Source of the DNA: Candidatus Melainabacteria bacterium 17Bon1m
GTDB taxonomy: Bacteria > Cyanobacteriota > Vampirovibrionia > Obscuribacterales > Obscuribacteraceae
Direction: 5' to 3'
DNA length: 64,000 nt
Assembly: GCA_032128875.1 (NCBI GenBank)
Contig: JAVLKG010000009.1
Span: forward strand, 192,001 to 256,000
A program made the position numbers and the translations under genes. Shown piece after piece: positions 47,675 through 57,881 of the stretch. The notes beneath the pieces were generated by a model. It made no database searches, was not told the DNA's origin, and saw only the letters and a list, made by a program, of their open reading frames with translations. Each line of letters starts with the position of its first letter. The stretch's first letter is position 1.

Positions 47675-49645
47675 ATGCGCGTTTTGAAGAGGCATGGTTT
47701 TTGCCTTTCGATTTCTCTTTCTATACTTACAACCGCTGGCATTTTGCCGCTTGTTTCGCCGCTTGCTGCTTGGGCAGAAACCAATCCAGCTGAACGCGCC
47801 GGGCGACTGTTGACGCCGCAGATGCAAGCGCCGTCACTGCCCAGTCCCGCGTTGAGAGTAAGAGTTGCCGTGGCACAAAACACTCGAACGCCGAAAGAAA
47901 TTCTTGCCAAACTGGCGAAGGACGAAAGTCTCATGGTGCGCCAGGCTGTCGCACAAAATCCGTCAACTCCGCCGGAGGTGATTGATGAGATGGCAGGGAC
48001 AGCGGATGAATTTATTTTTGAAGCATTGCTGCGAAATTCTCGCATGCCGCAAGCTGCGACTTTGACAAAGCTCACGAAAGCCGGAATTCCCAAGGTGCTG
48101 GAGACCATCGGCTCTAATCCGAAGACACCACCGGAGGTGCTTCAGGGGCTGGTCATGGGACCTGTACATACCGAGTTTCTCTTGCTGTCGTTGGCGCGCA
48201 ATCCGAATACGCCACCGGATGTGGTGATGAGACTTTGTAAGATAGGCGATCGATTGGTTCGCACTTTCCTCTCGCGTCAGCCCAACATCTCTAAAGAAGC
48301 CATTGCTGTCTTGGCTCAGGATGGCGATCTCGGCGTGAGAGCTTTCGTTGCGATCAATTCAGCGGCACCTGCCGATGTGCTCGATGCGCTTTCGAAGGAT
48401 TCCAATTTTGTTGTCCGGCAAGCAGTGGCAGGAAATGCAAACACACCAACTGCATCTCTTGAGAAATTGAGCAAGGACGATAAAGCGGAAGTGAGAGGCG
48501 CTGCTGCTCTTTGTCAAAAGTGCACACCTGAATTGCTGTCGGCTTTGGCTAAAGATGCCGATGACAATGTGCGTATTTCAGTAGCATCCAACAGAGCTAC
48601 TCCTGCCAATGTTCTGGCTGAATTAGCGAAAGACAAGTGTCCTTCTGTTCGCGCGGCAGTTGCTGTAAATCCTTCCATCGGTAAAGATGCCCTGGATATT
48701 CTCTGTGCTGATTCAACTATCGCTGTAGCACAGGTTGTCTCGGCAAGACCGGATATCAGCGCTGAGTCCTTTTTGAAATTGTCTAAAGACAATTCACCAA
48801 TGGTGCGGACTATTCTTGCGATGAATCCTCGCTTGCCGGCTGATTTGGCTGCAGTGCTTGCAAAGGACGAAGTGCCCAGTGTGCGTGCTGCGGTTGCATC
48901 TAATGCGGCGATATTGGCTGGTCAGGACGGAAAAATTCCGGCGGATTTGGAGCCGATATTTTCGAAGCTGGGACAGGACAGCGATGAGTTTGTCCGTCAA
49001 TCTTTGGCAGGTAACGCCAACGCTCCGAAGCAAAGCCTCGCTTCTTTGTCGCAGGACCAGTGCGCGTCAGTGCTGCGCAGCCTGGCTTTAAATCCGCAAG
49101 TTCCGGACAACACTTTACTCGCGCTTGCACAATCGCCGGAGCCTGCGGTTCGCCATGAACTACTGAATCGCAATAATGCCGGACGCGATGTTCTGCTGAA
49201 ATTAGCCGAAGATGCTGATGTAGAACTCAAGCGCAGGTTGGCAGGCAATCCGCAAGTGCCGGAAGATGTTGTGGCAAAACTTGCTCACGACAGCGATCCC
49301 TCGGTGCGATCTGTAGCAGCTGCGGCTGCCAAAATGAGTAAGGAGTCGCTATCTTCCATGGTTGGCGACAAGAGCCGTTTCGTTCGCGCGAAAGTGGCGG
49401 CAAATCCAAATACGCAAGTTGCCGATCTAGAAAAACTCGCTAAAGATCAAGACGACCTTGTACGTCAGGCTGTCGCCGGCAATCCATCAGCCGGTGCTAA
49501 CTTGCTGACTTCGCTTTCTGAAGATAAGCGTCCGGAAGTTCGCGAGGCTGTTGCACTTAATCCGTCGGCTACAACCGATACGATTAAGAAATTGAGTGAA
49601 GACAGTGAATGCTGGCTGGCTACGCCGGATTCGAGATATCGTTAA
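47675..49645 (+). CDS. exported HEAT/leucine-rich-variant (LRV) repeat protein
   Basis: Signal AWA|E, many ~24-aa VRxAVAxNPxTPxxxLxxLAxD repeats; GGAG RBS. Confidence 0.88.
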   Translation: MRVLKRHGFCLSISLSILTTAGILPLVSPLAAWAETNPAERAGRLLTPQMQAPSLPSPALRVRVAVAQNTRTPKEILAKLAKDESLMVRQAVAQNPSTPPEVIDEMAGTADEFIFEALLRNSRMPQAATLTKLTKAGIPKVLETIGSNPKTPPEVLQGLVMGPVHTEFLLLSLARNPNTPPDVVMRLCKIGDRLVRTFLSRQPNISKEAIAVLAQDGDLGVRAFVAINSAAPADVLDALSKDSNFVVRQAVAGNANTPTASLEKLSKDDKAEVRGAAALCQKCTPELLSALAKDADDNVRISVASNRATPANVLAELAKDKCPSVRAAVAVNPSIGKDALDILCADSTIAVAQVVSARPDISAESFLKLSKDNSPMVRTILAMNPRLPADLAAVLAKDEVPSVRAAVASNAAILAGQDGKIPADLEPIFSKLGQDSDEFVRQSLAGNANAPKQSLASLSQDQCASVLRSLALNPQVPDNTLLALAQSPEPAVRHELLNRNNAGRDVLLKLAEDADVELKRRLAGNPQVPEDVVAKLAHDSDPSVRSVAAAAAKMSKESLSSMVGDKSRFVRAKVAANPNTQVADLEKLAKDQDDLVRQAVAGNPSAGANLLTSLSEDKRPEVREAVALNPSATTDTIKKLSEDSECWLATPDSRYR

Positions 49646-49673
49646 GTCAAAACCACAATACGGAATCAAAACA

Positions 49674-50879
49674 ATGAAGGAAGCAGTAATCGTAGACGCA
49701 GTGCGCACCCCAATCGGTAAGCACATAGGTGCGCTAAAGGATGTTCGCTCGGATGATCTGGCTGCGCACGTGATTCGTGAATTGGTCAAAAGAAATGGTA
49801 TTGATGCTTCTCAGATCGAAGATGTACTTTTCGGTTGCGCCAATCAGGCCGGTGAAGACAATCGCAACGTTGCTCGCATGGCTGTTCTTCTTGCCGGTTT
49901 GCCGGTGGAAGTTGCCGGCGGAACCGTCAACAGATTGTGCGGTTCGGGCTTAATGGCCGTCAACGATGCCTGTATGGCGATTCAGTCTGGGCACGGCGAC
50001 ATCTATATTGCTGGTGGCGTTGAGTCTATGACGCGGGCACCATTTGTGATGGCAAAGCCTGACGCTTCATTTCCTCGTGGCGATCAAAAATTGGTTGATA
50101 CGACGCTTGGTTGGCGTTTTATCAATAAAAAACTTTCTGAGATGCATCACCCATATTCCATGGGTGAAACAGCAGAGAACGTCGCTGAAAAATATACTGT
50201 TTCGCGCGAAGACCAGGACGAATTTGCGCGTTTGAGCCAGTCTAAATACGGCGAAGCGAGAGAGAAAGGGGCATTTAAGGATGAGATTGCCCCTGTCCCG
50301 CTGCCGCTCAAAAAAGGCGCGACGACGCCTGAATTTGTCAGTGAGGACGAACACCCGCGCCCGCAAACGACAATCGATGATTTGAAAAAACTGAAAGCAG
50401 CGTTTCGCGATGGCGGATCGGTTACGGCAGGAAACGCATCTGGTATCAATGACGGTGCCACTGCTGTTTTAATTATGTCCGCTGACAAAGCCAAAGAGTT
50501 AAAACTCACACCGCTGGCACGTTATGTGACATCTGCTGTTGCAGGCGTAGATCCGGCAATTATGGGTATCGGACCCGTACCGGCGACAAGAAAAGCTCTC
50601 AGTCGTGCTGGGTTGAAGATTGAAGACATAGATTTGTTCGAATTAAATGAAGCCTTTGCGGCACAGTCACTTGCTTGCATGCGCGAACTCGGACTCGACC
50701 CGGCCAAAGTAAACGTCAATGGTGGTGCGATCGCATTGGGGCACCCACTTGGATCGAGCGGCGCCAGAATTTTGACGACTCTTCTGCACGAAATGAAGAG
50801 GCGCAAGTCTCGCTATGGTCTAGCTACGATGTGCATCGGCGTCGGTCAGGGAATCGCCACGATTGTCGAGCGTGTATAG
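49674..50879 (+). CDS. acetyl-CoA C-acyltransferase (thiolase, PcaF/PaaJ-like)
   Basis: [55 protein letters not shown]. Confidence 0.96.
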   Translation: MKEAVIVDAVRTPIGKHIGALKDVRSDDLAAHVIRELVKRNGIDASQIEDVLFGCANQAGEDNRNVARMAVLLAGLPVEVAGGTVNRLCGSGLMAVNDACMAIQSGHGDIYIAGGVESMTRAPFVMAKPDASFPRGDQKLVDTTLGWRFINKKLSEMHHPYSMGETAENVAEKYTVSREDQDEFARLSQSKYGEAREKGAFKDEIAPVPLPLKKGATTPEFVSEDEHPRPQTTIDDLKKLKAAFRDGGSVTAGNASGINDGATAVLIMSADKAKELKLTPLARYVTSAVAGVDPAIMGIGPVPATRKALSRAGLKIEDIDLFELNEAFAAQSLACMRELGLDPAKVNVNGGAIALGHPLGSSGARILTTLLHEMKRRKSRYGLATMCIGVGQGIATIVERV

Positions 50880-51105
50880 CCTGATGCCGCAGAAGACCAC
50901 GTTGGGTGCGGTGAGAAACAGCCCACGCGCCCGGCGAGGTTAAAAATTGCTAAGAAAGCCTGTGAAAGCCCAGCTATCCCCGATCGGACGAATGAAGACG
51001 CACCGAAATGTGGCATTAATGAGTGAGAGGGTGCACCGATTGGGCGGTGTGCCGCTAAAGCTCTGGCCATATCGGTCGGCAGTCATCCAGGCGAAGGCAG
51101 GATAG

Positions 51106-52380
51106 ATGGAATCTCAGCTCAAGCGCTTTACCTTCCTGCAGCTATCGGACGTGCATCTTGATTCGCGCTTTCTTTCCGGGCGGCTTGGTCTGTCGCACAG
51201 CCAGCGTTATGAGCGCAACAACGAGATGCTTCTTTCGCTCTATCGCGCGCTCGAAGAAGGCGCCAGGCGCAGGGTTGATGCGATTTTTATTCCAGGCGAT
51301 CTTTTTGACGCCGACACCGTGACCGGTCCGACGATCAATTATTTGATCGAGTCTTTTTCGCGGCTAGGCGACATACCTGTTGTGATCGCGCCAGGCAACC
51401 GAGACTATTATTCGTTTGCCTCGCCTTATAATCCAAAAGTTCTTCAGGCGCGCGGATTGCCGCCTTGGCCGGACAATGTCATCGTTTTCGATGCAGATGC
51501 TTTTCAGACGATCAGGCATCCGCTTCGCGAAGACGTTTGCTTTATCGGTCGTGCTTTCCAAAAAAATGAAGTAGAACCGCGTCGTCTACTTAACCGCCCG
51601 GTGGCATTGCGCACCGGCGCACCGTTGAATTTCTTTGTGCATCACGGTTTTCTCGAGGGCTATGCAGGTCCCGATGCCGAAATTGCTGATAAATACTCGG
51701 CACCGTTTTCTGTTGAAGAACTGGAATCTCAAGCTTTCACATATGCAGCGCTCGGACACTGCCATGAATTCGCCGAAGTGTATTCTTCTCGAGGCAAGCT
51801 TATCGGAGCGTATGGCGGCTCGTTTGTTGGACGTAGCTTCGAAGAAGCCGGTCCTCGTTTGGCACTGTTCGGTACAGTCATTGTCGGACCCAGCCGCGTT
51901 CCGGAATGCACCGTCGAGCCGTATGAATTCGACAACCGTCGCATCTATGTCGCAGGCGTAGATGTCTCTGGCCTCTCCGAAGAGGTGATGGCTGAAGAAA
52001 TCGGACTCGCCATTCAAGAACAAGGTGCACGTACAGGTGAAGATATCGTCTACCTGCACATGGAAGGAAGTTATCCACCGGAAGCCGATAAGTCGTCTGT
52101 TGTAGAGCGTTTTCGCGACAACTTCTTTCATGTGCGTGTCGCCGATCACACAAGGCCCGATTACCTGTCTGAGCGTTTTGACGAGCGAACGACAGAAGGC
52201 AAATTCATCGAAGCTATGCTCGAATACAAGCGACGCGTTGAGAAAGGTCGCGCTGAAGCCGGCCTTCTGGACAGCAATGCTGCACCGGATTCGGTATCTG
52301 GTGGAACGGCCGAAGACGCACTTTATTATGGTTTGGATGCCCTTCGCAGACAAAAGGTAGACGTACGAAATGTGGATTGA
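51106..52380 (+). CDS. Mre11/SbcD/YhaO-like metallophosphoesterase
   Basis: SDVHLD, GDLFD, GNRD (in place of GNHD), HHG, ALGHCH. Confidence 0.88.
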   Translation: MESQLKRFTFLQLSDVHLDSRFLSGRLGLSHSQRYERNNEMLLSLYRALEEGARRRVDAIFIPGDLFDADTVTGPTINYLIESFSRLGDIPVVIAPGNRDYYSFASPYNPKVLQARGLPPWPDNVIVFDADAFQTIRHPLREDVCFIGRAFQKNEVEPRRLLNRPVALRTGAPLNFFVHHGFLEGYAGPDAEIADKYSAPFSVEELESQAFTYAALGHCHEFAEVYSSRGKLIGAYGGSFVGRSFEEAGPRLALFGTVIVGPSRVPECTVEPYEFDNRRIYVAGVDVSGLSEEVMAEEIGLAIQEQGARTGEDIVYLHMEGSYPPEADKSSVVERFRDNFFHVRVADHTRPDYLSERFDERTTEGKFIEAMLEYKRRVEKGRAEAGLLDSNAAPDSVSGGTAEDALYYGLDALRRQKVDVRNVD

Positions 52381-55270
52381 ACGCATCGAGCTGGCCGGCT
52401 TCGGTAGCGTTGTCGGTGAGAAAACAGAATTTGCAAGCAACACGCTCAATCTGCTTGTCGAGGCGAACGAATTTGGCAAATCCACAATGGCGACTGCTGT
52501 TTGGGCGGCATTGTTTGATTTCCCTGAAGGTCACATCGGTTCGACTTCGGGTGCGCATGGCGGGCAGACGCGTGAGTCCATGAGACCACGCGCCGGGGCA
52601 CATTTGCCATTTAAAGTTGCGCTCTGGGCAAACCTTGGCGACCGGCAATTGAAAATCGAAAGAGACTTCGCCGCCCGAACCGTTCAAGTGCATGAGGTAA
52701 AACCGGCACAGAAAGACGTCACCGAGGAATTTCTCGGACCAAATGGCGAGGACGAAGTCGGATTTAGACTGACGGGGATGACGCGCGAACTTTTCCGTAG
52801 TACTTGCTTTGTCGGGCAACGTGAATTGGACGAGCACACTATAGGCGGTGCTGAGGATTTCGCTTCTGTCTTTCAGGGAATAGCCGACTCTTCCAACACT
52901 AAGCACACCGCATCCGGTGCAATTCAATGCCTTGATACCGCTCTCACTCATTACCCTCACCGCGGTCAGCTTCTGAAGATAGACCAGGTGATTCACTCGC
53001 TTGAAGTAGAGCAGAAAGAACTCAAAGAGAAACTTTCTGCGCTTGAAATAGAGCGCCAGAACCTTTTTGAAGGTCTGTATAAGTTGAATGAGATGGGTGA
53101 TGACGGTGGTTTTGAAGGACCTACCGAAATTGAGGTGCCGCCCGAGACAGACTCCTCCACCTTGGCGCTCGTTGAAGAACTGCGCGATCTCGATGCCTCA
53201 TTGGCTCGAGCCAAGCAGCATGAAGCCAGAATTATGGAACTCCAATTGCAGGTTGACAAACTTACAACCGCTGATCCTGGGCTTGTAAATTTGGAAAATC
53301 GTGTCCGCGAAATGTGGACGAAGCGCGATAATTTGTATGCAGAACACGAAAAGTTGAAGGCAAATCCGAATCGTGCCGATGCTGAAGTAGATGTACTTGA
53401 AGCCGCCTTCCACAAGAAATGGCGCGGGCTATCGGAGTTTACGAGCCAGGACGCTCAGGCACTTTCGCTGCTCGTTATGCGTTTGAGCGACCTCGGTCGC
53501 GACCTCAACAATCTAGTCTCGCAAAAGCAGGATGAAGTCGCGAGGTTGACTAGCAGTTCTGTCGACCTGGCCAAGTATGAATCTACTAAAAGCGCTCTTT
53601 CTGCGCTCGATCCGAAGGACGCGGGTGATGTGCGTTCTTATCACGCGCTGATGAACGCAGCCAAAGATCAAATTACTGAATGCGAACGCAACGTGGTCAA
53701 GCATCGTGCCTCTATTTTAGAAATTGAAAAACAACGCCAGGAAGTTCGCAGCAAACACCTGATGATTGGCGGCGCTGCGGCAATCGGCTTTATCCTTTTC
53801 ACAATCGGCGCCATTGTCACGCGCGAAATGTTAGCCGCGCTTTTAGCTCTTGGAGTTATGGCACTCGTCGCCGGAGCTGCTGCTGGATTTTTCCTCATGC
53901 AATGGGCCAAGCCTGAGTCTTTCAAAAAGCGTGACACTGAGAAGCTTGAAGCAGACCTTGATAAAGCCACCACTCTGGCACAGCAACTTCACAGCAAAAT
54001 CGGAGCATTGGAGGTAAAACTCGAGTCAATCGCAAGAAAAGCTGGCGTTTCTGGCGCCTCCCTTTTGGTTTCGATGATCGAAGAGAAGTCCGCCAGTGAG
54101 CCGAAATTGAAGAACTTAGACACTGTCGCCACGGAAATCGCCGCTAAGGAAAGTCAGCGAGAGCGCGCCCTGGATGAGCTCGCAATGTTCTTCAAGAAAG
54201 CCAACATTCCGGCCGGTGAAATTTCGCTGGAACGAGCCAAGCGCTTGAGCGAAGATGTGGCTCAGGCTGTTGAAGAAGGTCGCTCGATTCAAACTGCCAC
54301 ATGGCAGCAGCGTCAAATGTTGCAGCAGATTGGAACCATGCAAGGCGAAATCGAAGAGATTGAGCGCAGCCTGGCACTCGTCTTTACTGAGAACAACATT
54401 GATGAAGTCACTCTCGAAGACTGCTTTGCCAGTTTTGAAAAACGTGTAGACGCGCACTATGCAGCCAGAAATGTGCAAGCGCAGATTGATCGACTCACTG
54501 AAGATTGCCTTGGTGGGCAATCATTCCCTGATACCTCCACTTATGTCGCTCATTTGGAGCAGCGTGGCAACGAGCTGAAGATGCGTATCAGTACGCAATC
54601 GTCGGTCAAGCTATCAACTTCTTCGCAGGGTGGCGATTCTGCGGCGCGCAATGATTTAGTAGTTAAGGTGAGGGTCGCAGCCAAAGCGCTGGACGAAAGC
54701 TATTTGCCGGTGCTAGATCAAATTGAAAACGTCGCCAGAGAGTTGTCCAATGCAAGACGTTCGAAGCTTTCTCTCGAGTTGGCGAGAAACACTCTGCGTA
54801 AGCTTTCGGGAGAAACGTACGAGAATTGGTCGCAAAAACTCAATTCGATTGCCGATGAAATTGTCAGCAAGCTTGATCTGGAATTCGAGTCTTTGCAATT
54901 TACGTCTGACTTGAATTTGTTGCTGAAACGGCGTGGTGATGCCGATGTCATCGACTCCTCGAAATTCAAGGAGCGTATGTCTGTTGGTACTCGCGAGCAA
55001 CTTCACTGGTTGGCTCGCGTTGTCATCTCGCGTTTTCTTTCTAAAGACAATCCGTTGCCTATCGTTTTGGATGAGCCATTCAGCGAATCAGATGATGAGC
55101 GCTTCTTGCATATTATGCAATTCGTGGTTGATGTTTTGACGCGCGACCATCAAGTAATTATTTTTAGTTGCCATCGTCAGCGCCACAACTGGTTGGCTGA
55201 GCAGTTGAATCCTGCGCAGAAAGAACGCCTGATGTTTTGCAGCCGCGTGAAAGCGGTCCCGTTTTCATAG
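52370..55270 (+). CDS. YhaN-like SMC/Rad50-type ATPase with central TM hairpin
   Basis: MWIERIELAGFG, NEFGKST, coiled coils, two TM helices, MSVGTREQL signature, LDEPF, FSCH; 11-bp overlap with the nuclease gene. Confidence 0.88.
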   Translation: MWIERIELAGFGSVVGEKTEFASNTLNLLVEANEFGKSTMATAVWAALFDFPEGHIGSTSGAHGGQTRESMRPRAGAHLPFKVALWANLGDRQLKIERDFAARTVQVHEVKPAQKDVTEEFLGPNGEDEVGFRLTGMTRELFRSTCFVGQRELDEHTIGGAEDFASVFQGIADSSNTKHTASGAIQCLDTALTHYPHRGQLLKIDQVIHSLEVEQKELKEKLSALEIERQNLFEGLYKLNEMGDDGGFEGPTEIEVPPETDSSTLALVEELRDLDASLARAKQHEARIMELQLQVDKLTTADPGLVNLENRVREMWTKRDNLYAEHEKLKANPNRADAEVDVLEAAFHKKWRGLSEFTSQDAQALSLLVMRLSDLGRDLNNLVSQKQDEVARLTSSSVDLAKYESTKSALSALDPKDAGDVRSYHALMNAAKDQITECERNVVKHRASILEIEKQRQEVRSKHLMIGGAAAIGFILFTIGAIVTREMLAALLALGVMALVAGAAAGFFLMQWAKPESFKKRDTEKLEADLDKATTLAQQLHSKIGALEVKLESIARKAGVSGASLLVSMIEEKSASEPKLKNLDTVATEIAAKESQRERALDELAMFFKKANIPAGEISLERAKRLSEDVAQAVEEGRSIQTATWQQRQMLQQIGTMQGEIEEIERSLALVFTENNIDEVTLEDCFASFEKRVDAHYAARNVQAQIDRLTEDCLGGQSFPDTSTYVAHLEQRGNELKMRISTQSSVKLSTSSQGGDSAARNDLVVKVRVAAKALDESYLPVLDQIENVARELSNARRSKLSLELARNTLRKLSGETYENWSQKLNSIADEIVSKLDLEFESLQFTSDLNLLLKRRGDADVIDSSKFKERMSVGTREQLHWLARVVISRFLSKDNPLPIVLDEPFSESDDERFLHIMQFVVDVLTRDHQVIIFSCHRQRHNWLAEQLNPAQKERLMFCSRVKAVPFS

Positions 55271-55299
55271 CAGCGCCAATAAATCTCTCGTAGGTCCTC

Positions 55300-55433
55300 G
55301 TAGGTGAGCCGCATGCGGCTCCCTTCCAGGGACGCGCATGCGCGTCCCCTACGGAAGGAATGATAACAGTCAATGCTTGCGTAGGTGAGCCGCATGCGGC
55401 TCCCTGCCAGGGATGCGCATGCGCGTCCCCTAC
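55300..55433. repeat. two tandem 53-bp REPIN-like doublets
   Basis: GTAG-GTGAGCCGCATGCGGCTCCC-5 nt-GGGA(C/T)GCGCATGCGCGTCCC-CTAC at 55300-55352 and 55381-55433. Confidence 0.92.
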
Positions 55434-55453
55434 AGTAGGATAAGATGTTCAAT

Positions 55454-57679
55454 CTACTGCAGCAGATGTCTGGCTTTGGCGTCTTTGTAGACGGCTTGCG
55501 CTTTGCTCTTCGCTGCTTTCAATGCAGAGGGGCTCCAGTCGGCATTACCACCATTCTTGGATGCTTGCCAAGCGATAACGCTGTACGAAGCTGTTTCGAC
55601 GTCAGAGCCGGCAGTAAATTCGTCGAGCAGCATGCGCTCTACAGAGTCCCGCGCATACGCTTCTGTTCTACTTCTCAGCGTATCAAGATCCTCTACCCTG
55701 TCGTATTGAGGAGTATTATCTCGCTTGAGTTCTTCCGCTTCAATCTTTGCTTGTTCTTCTGCATTGTTGCCGGCGCTCATTCGTTTGAGCGTCGGATTGT
55801 AATCAGAAGCTTCGTAGTCGACTAGAACTAACTTGCCTGACTTCAAGCTCATACCGACCTGTCCGTCGGTATCTGCACCACCCACGTCTTCAACTTTCCC
55901 TTTGAATGTCTCCCACAGTGCAGGGTCAAAATTGAAAGTCACTAGTTCTTGTACATAGGCAATTACGTCTCTGCCGCCAGCATCCGACAATTCCCAGTGT
56001 TTTCCGCCGAGCAATATCTTCGCATCGCCTTTGCGTTTACCCCATTGCTCATTCCAGCCACCTTCGTAGTTGGCAGCGAGCTTCAAGGCCCCACCTTCAG
56101 GAAGTCCTTCTTGTGGTGGCAGTTCAACCACAAGTGCATCGTTGCCTCTGGCTCTGTACGCAGCGACCTTGAATTTGCCGAGTTTCGTGCCCGACAGCGC
56201 TTCTGCGAAAGACGGTTCGCCTGCATCTTTCAAGTATTGAGTGACCGACTTCATCTTGCCTAGCATCTCGGGCGTCCACTCGCCTTCTTGCCACTTCAAA
56301 ACTTCTTCCCTGGTGAAGGTTTCCTCGCCCTTGAACTCTAGCCTGTTGAAATTGTATTCCGGGTCTTTTCCAAGCTTTTTAGGATTTGCTTCGTTGACTC
56401 GAACGGTTTGCTCTTCGGGCGCGAAGTTGATGCGATTTTTTCCTGCGCGCATGAAGATTGGTGCCGGTTCTGAAAATGCTTTGGCACCCAAAACAGATCT
56501 GCCGGCCATGGTTGGATCCAAATAGCAAGTTGCGATCAGGTCTGCAAGTTTGCTGTTTTCTGGAACAAAAGGCATTCCCGACTTATTATGTTTTACCAAC
56601 AGACTTTGCTCTGGACCATACTCTTGCATGCCAAGGAAGCGCTTGATGCCTCGTCCTGCGCCGAGGTGTTCTCGAACAGTAAGATTTGCCTCGCCGGTCT
56701 TTTGGAAATCCTGCAAAGCGCGTGAGAGAGCACGTTCTCCTCCCACTACTTTGAAATCTTTTCCGCCTACGCCCTCTTGAGCACCACCGGCGGTTTCAGA
56801 TGCTTTTTGCCATTCGAAGTTTTTGCGGCCGCTTTCGAATTGTCCCTTAAGCTGATGGGCAGCGCCAAAGCCGACGCCGATGACGCCCATGGTAAAGGCG
56901 GATTCTTTTGTTTCTCTCCATGATGCGAATTTTGCATCTGTCGTTGCAGATTGTCCAAAGTTTGACAAAGAATCAAATTTGAGATTGTGCAGATACTTGT
57001 GCGTGTGGGCACTCACGCCACCAGCAGCGATACCAGATGCAAAGCCTCCCATGTACGGGTTTTTCAACATTGCGGCAAACTTCGATGTCTCGCCGACTGC
57101 CGGTGCGAAGCGGGTTGCCACGCCGTGCATGACGCCCATTGTGATAGCGCCGTTGACGCCGTTCAAGCCCTTCGCTAACAGGAATGGTCTGTGATCTCCT
57201 TCTTCTACAGGACGCAATAGGGAGTCGTGAACGGCGCCGGTTAGCACGGCTTCCTTCATCGTCAGCCCTAAAACAGACCGTTGCGACAACTGCTCTGCGA
57301 GCTGCACTTCGGTCATGCCGGCGCGCGTGACGGACTTCACGCCTTTGCCTGCAAGCATGAAAGGCACCAACATACCGACTGCGTTGCCGGACTGCTGTGC
57401 CCAATAATTTGATGTTCCATATTCGGCGGCTTCCGGCGCCTTTAAATAACTAATCTGAACGCTAGGCAGCATGTTGGTGCCCAAGCCTTTGTCAGCTAGT
57501 TGGACAACGGCATTAACCGGAGTCTGAATCATGGAGTGTCCGGCCGAGCGCAAGAAGTCTTCTACAAGACCATTTCGCTCGACTGGTTCTTTCGGCTTGT
57601 TCTGCTGTTCTGCAAGATAGGCGTAATGCTCCGCCATTGCATCACGGCTTATCGTCGCTGGATATTGGTCGGATCCCAT
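55454..57679 (-). CDS. 741-aa protein with Gly/Ala-rich amphipathic N-half and atypical kinase-like C-terminal domain
   Basis: ARGNDALV, ALK, YVQELV, DxxxxxxxGQVG, LVLVDY occur in kinase-fold order. Confidence 0.7.
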   Translation of the reverse strand: MGSDQYPATISRDAMAEHYAYLAEQQNKPKEPVERNGLVEDFLRSAGHSMIQTPVNAVVQLADKGLGTNMLPSVQISYLKAPEAAEYGTSNYWAQQSGNAVGMLVPFMLAGKGVKSVTRAGMTEVQLAEQLSQRSVLGLTMKEAVLTGAVHDSLLRPVEEGDHRPFLLAKGLNGVNGAITMGVMHGVATRFAPAVGETSKFAAMLKNPYMGGFASGIAAGGVSAHTHKYLHNLKFDSLSNFGQSATTDAKFASWRETKESAFTMGVIGVGFGAAHQLKGQFESGRKNFEWQKASETAGGAQEGVGGKDFKVVGGERALSRALQDFQKTGEANLTVREHLGAGRGIKRFLGMQEYGPEQSLLVKHNKSGMPFVPENSKLADLIATCYLDPTMAGRSVLGAKAFSEPAPIFMRAGKNRINFAPEEQTVRVNEANPKKLGKDPEYNFNRLEFKGEETFTREEVLKWQEGEWTPEMLGKMKSVTQYLKDAGEPSFAEALSGTKLGKFKVAAYRARGNDALVVELPPQEGLPEGGALKLAANYEGGWNEQWGKRKGDAKILLGGKHWELSDAGGRDVIAYVQELVTFNFDPALWETFKGKVEDVGGADTDGQVGMSLKSGKLVLVDYEASDYNPTLKRMSAGNNAEEQAKIEAEELKRDNTPQYDRVEDLDTLRSRTEAYARDSVERMLLDEFTAGSDVETASYSVIAWQASKNGGNADWSPSALKAAKSKAQAVYKDAKARHLLQ

Positions 57680-57881
57680 ATACCTGTTTTTCCAAACGCG
57701 CCGAGAATTCGGGCCGCCCCGAACCTAGTATCTTCATACCCAACGGGTGGGCGTTTCAGACCCGAAACGGAGAATTGGCCAGGTGAAGACACCTTTTAGT
57801 CTATAGACGAATTCCGGCAAAATCGTGACATTTTTGCCGCGAAGTTTAACCTTAATCAGAACGCCTGATAGACCAGGGTGG

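Noticed and set aside
50880-51105. Hairpins between thiolase and the YhaO-like gene
   Set aside because: Isolated stems only; no coherent fold, riboswitch motif or clear SOS box.
55300-55433. 53-bp repeat / 28-nt spacer / repeat as a mini-CRISPR
   Set aside because: Only two units, too long, and the same element occurs singly at 951-1003.
57680-57881. Several short hairpins and a 12-mer (GGTGGGCGTTTC) shared with the 36.8-kb RNA candidate
   Set aside because: Stems are short, the match is in the opposite orientation relative to the adjacent gene, and one 12-mer match is plausible by chance.
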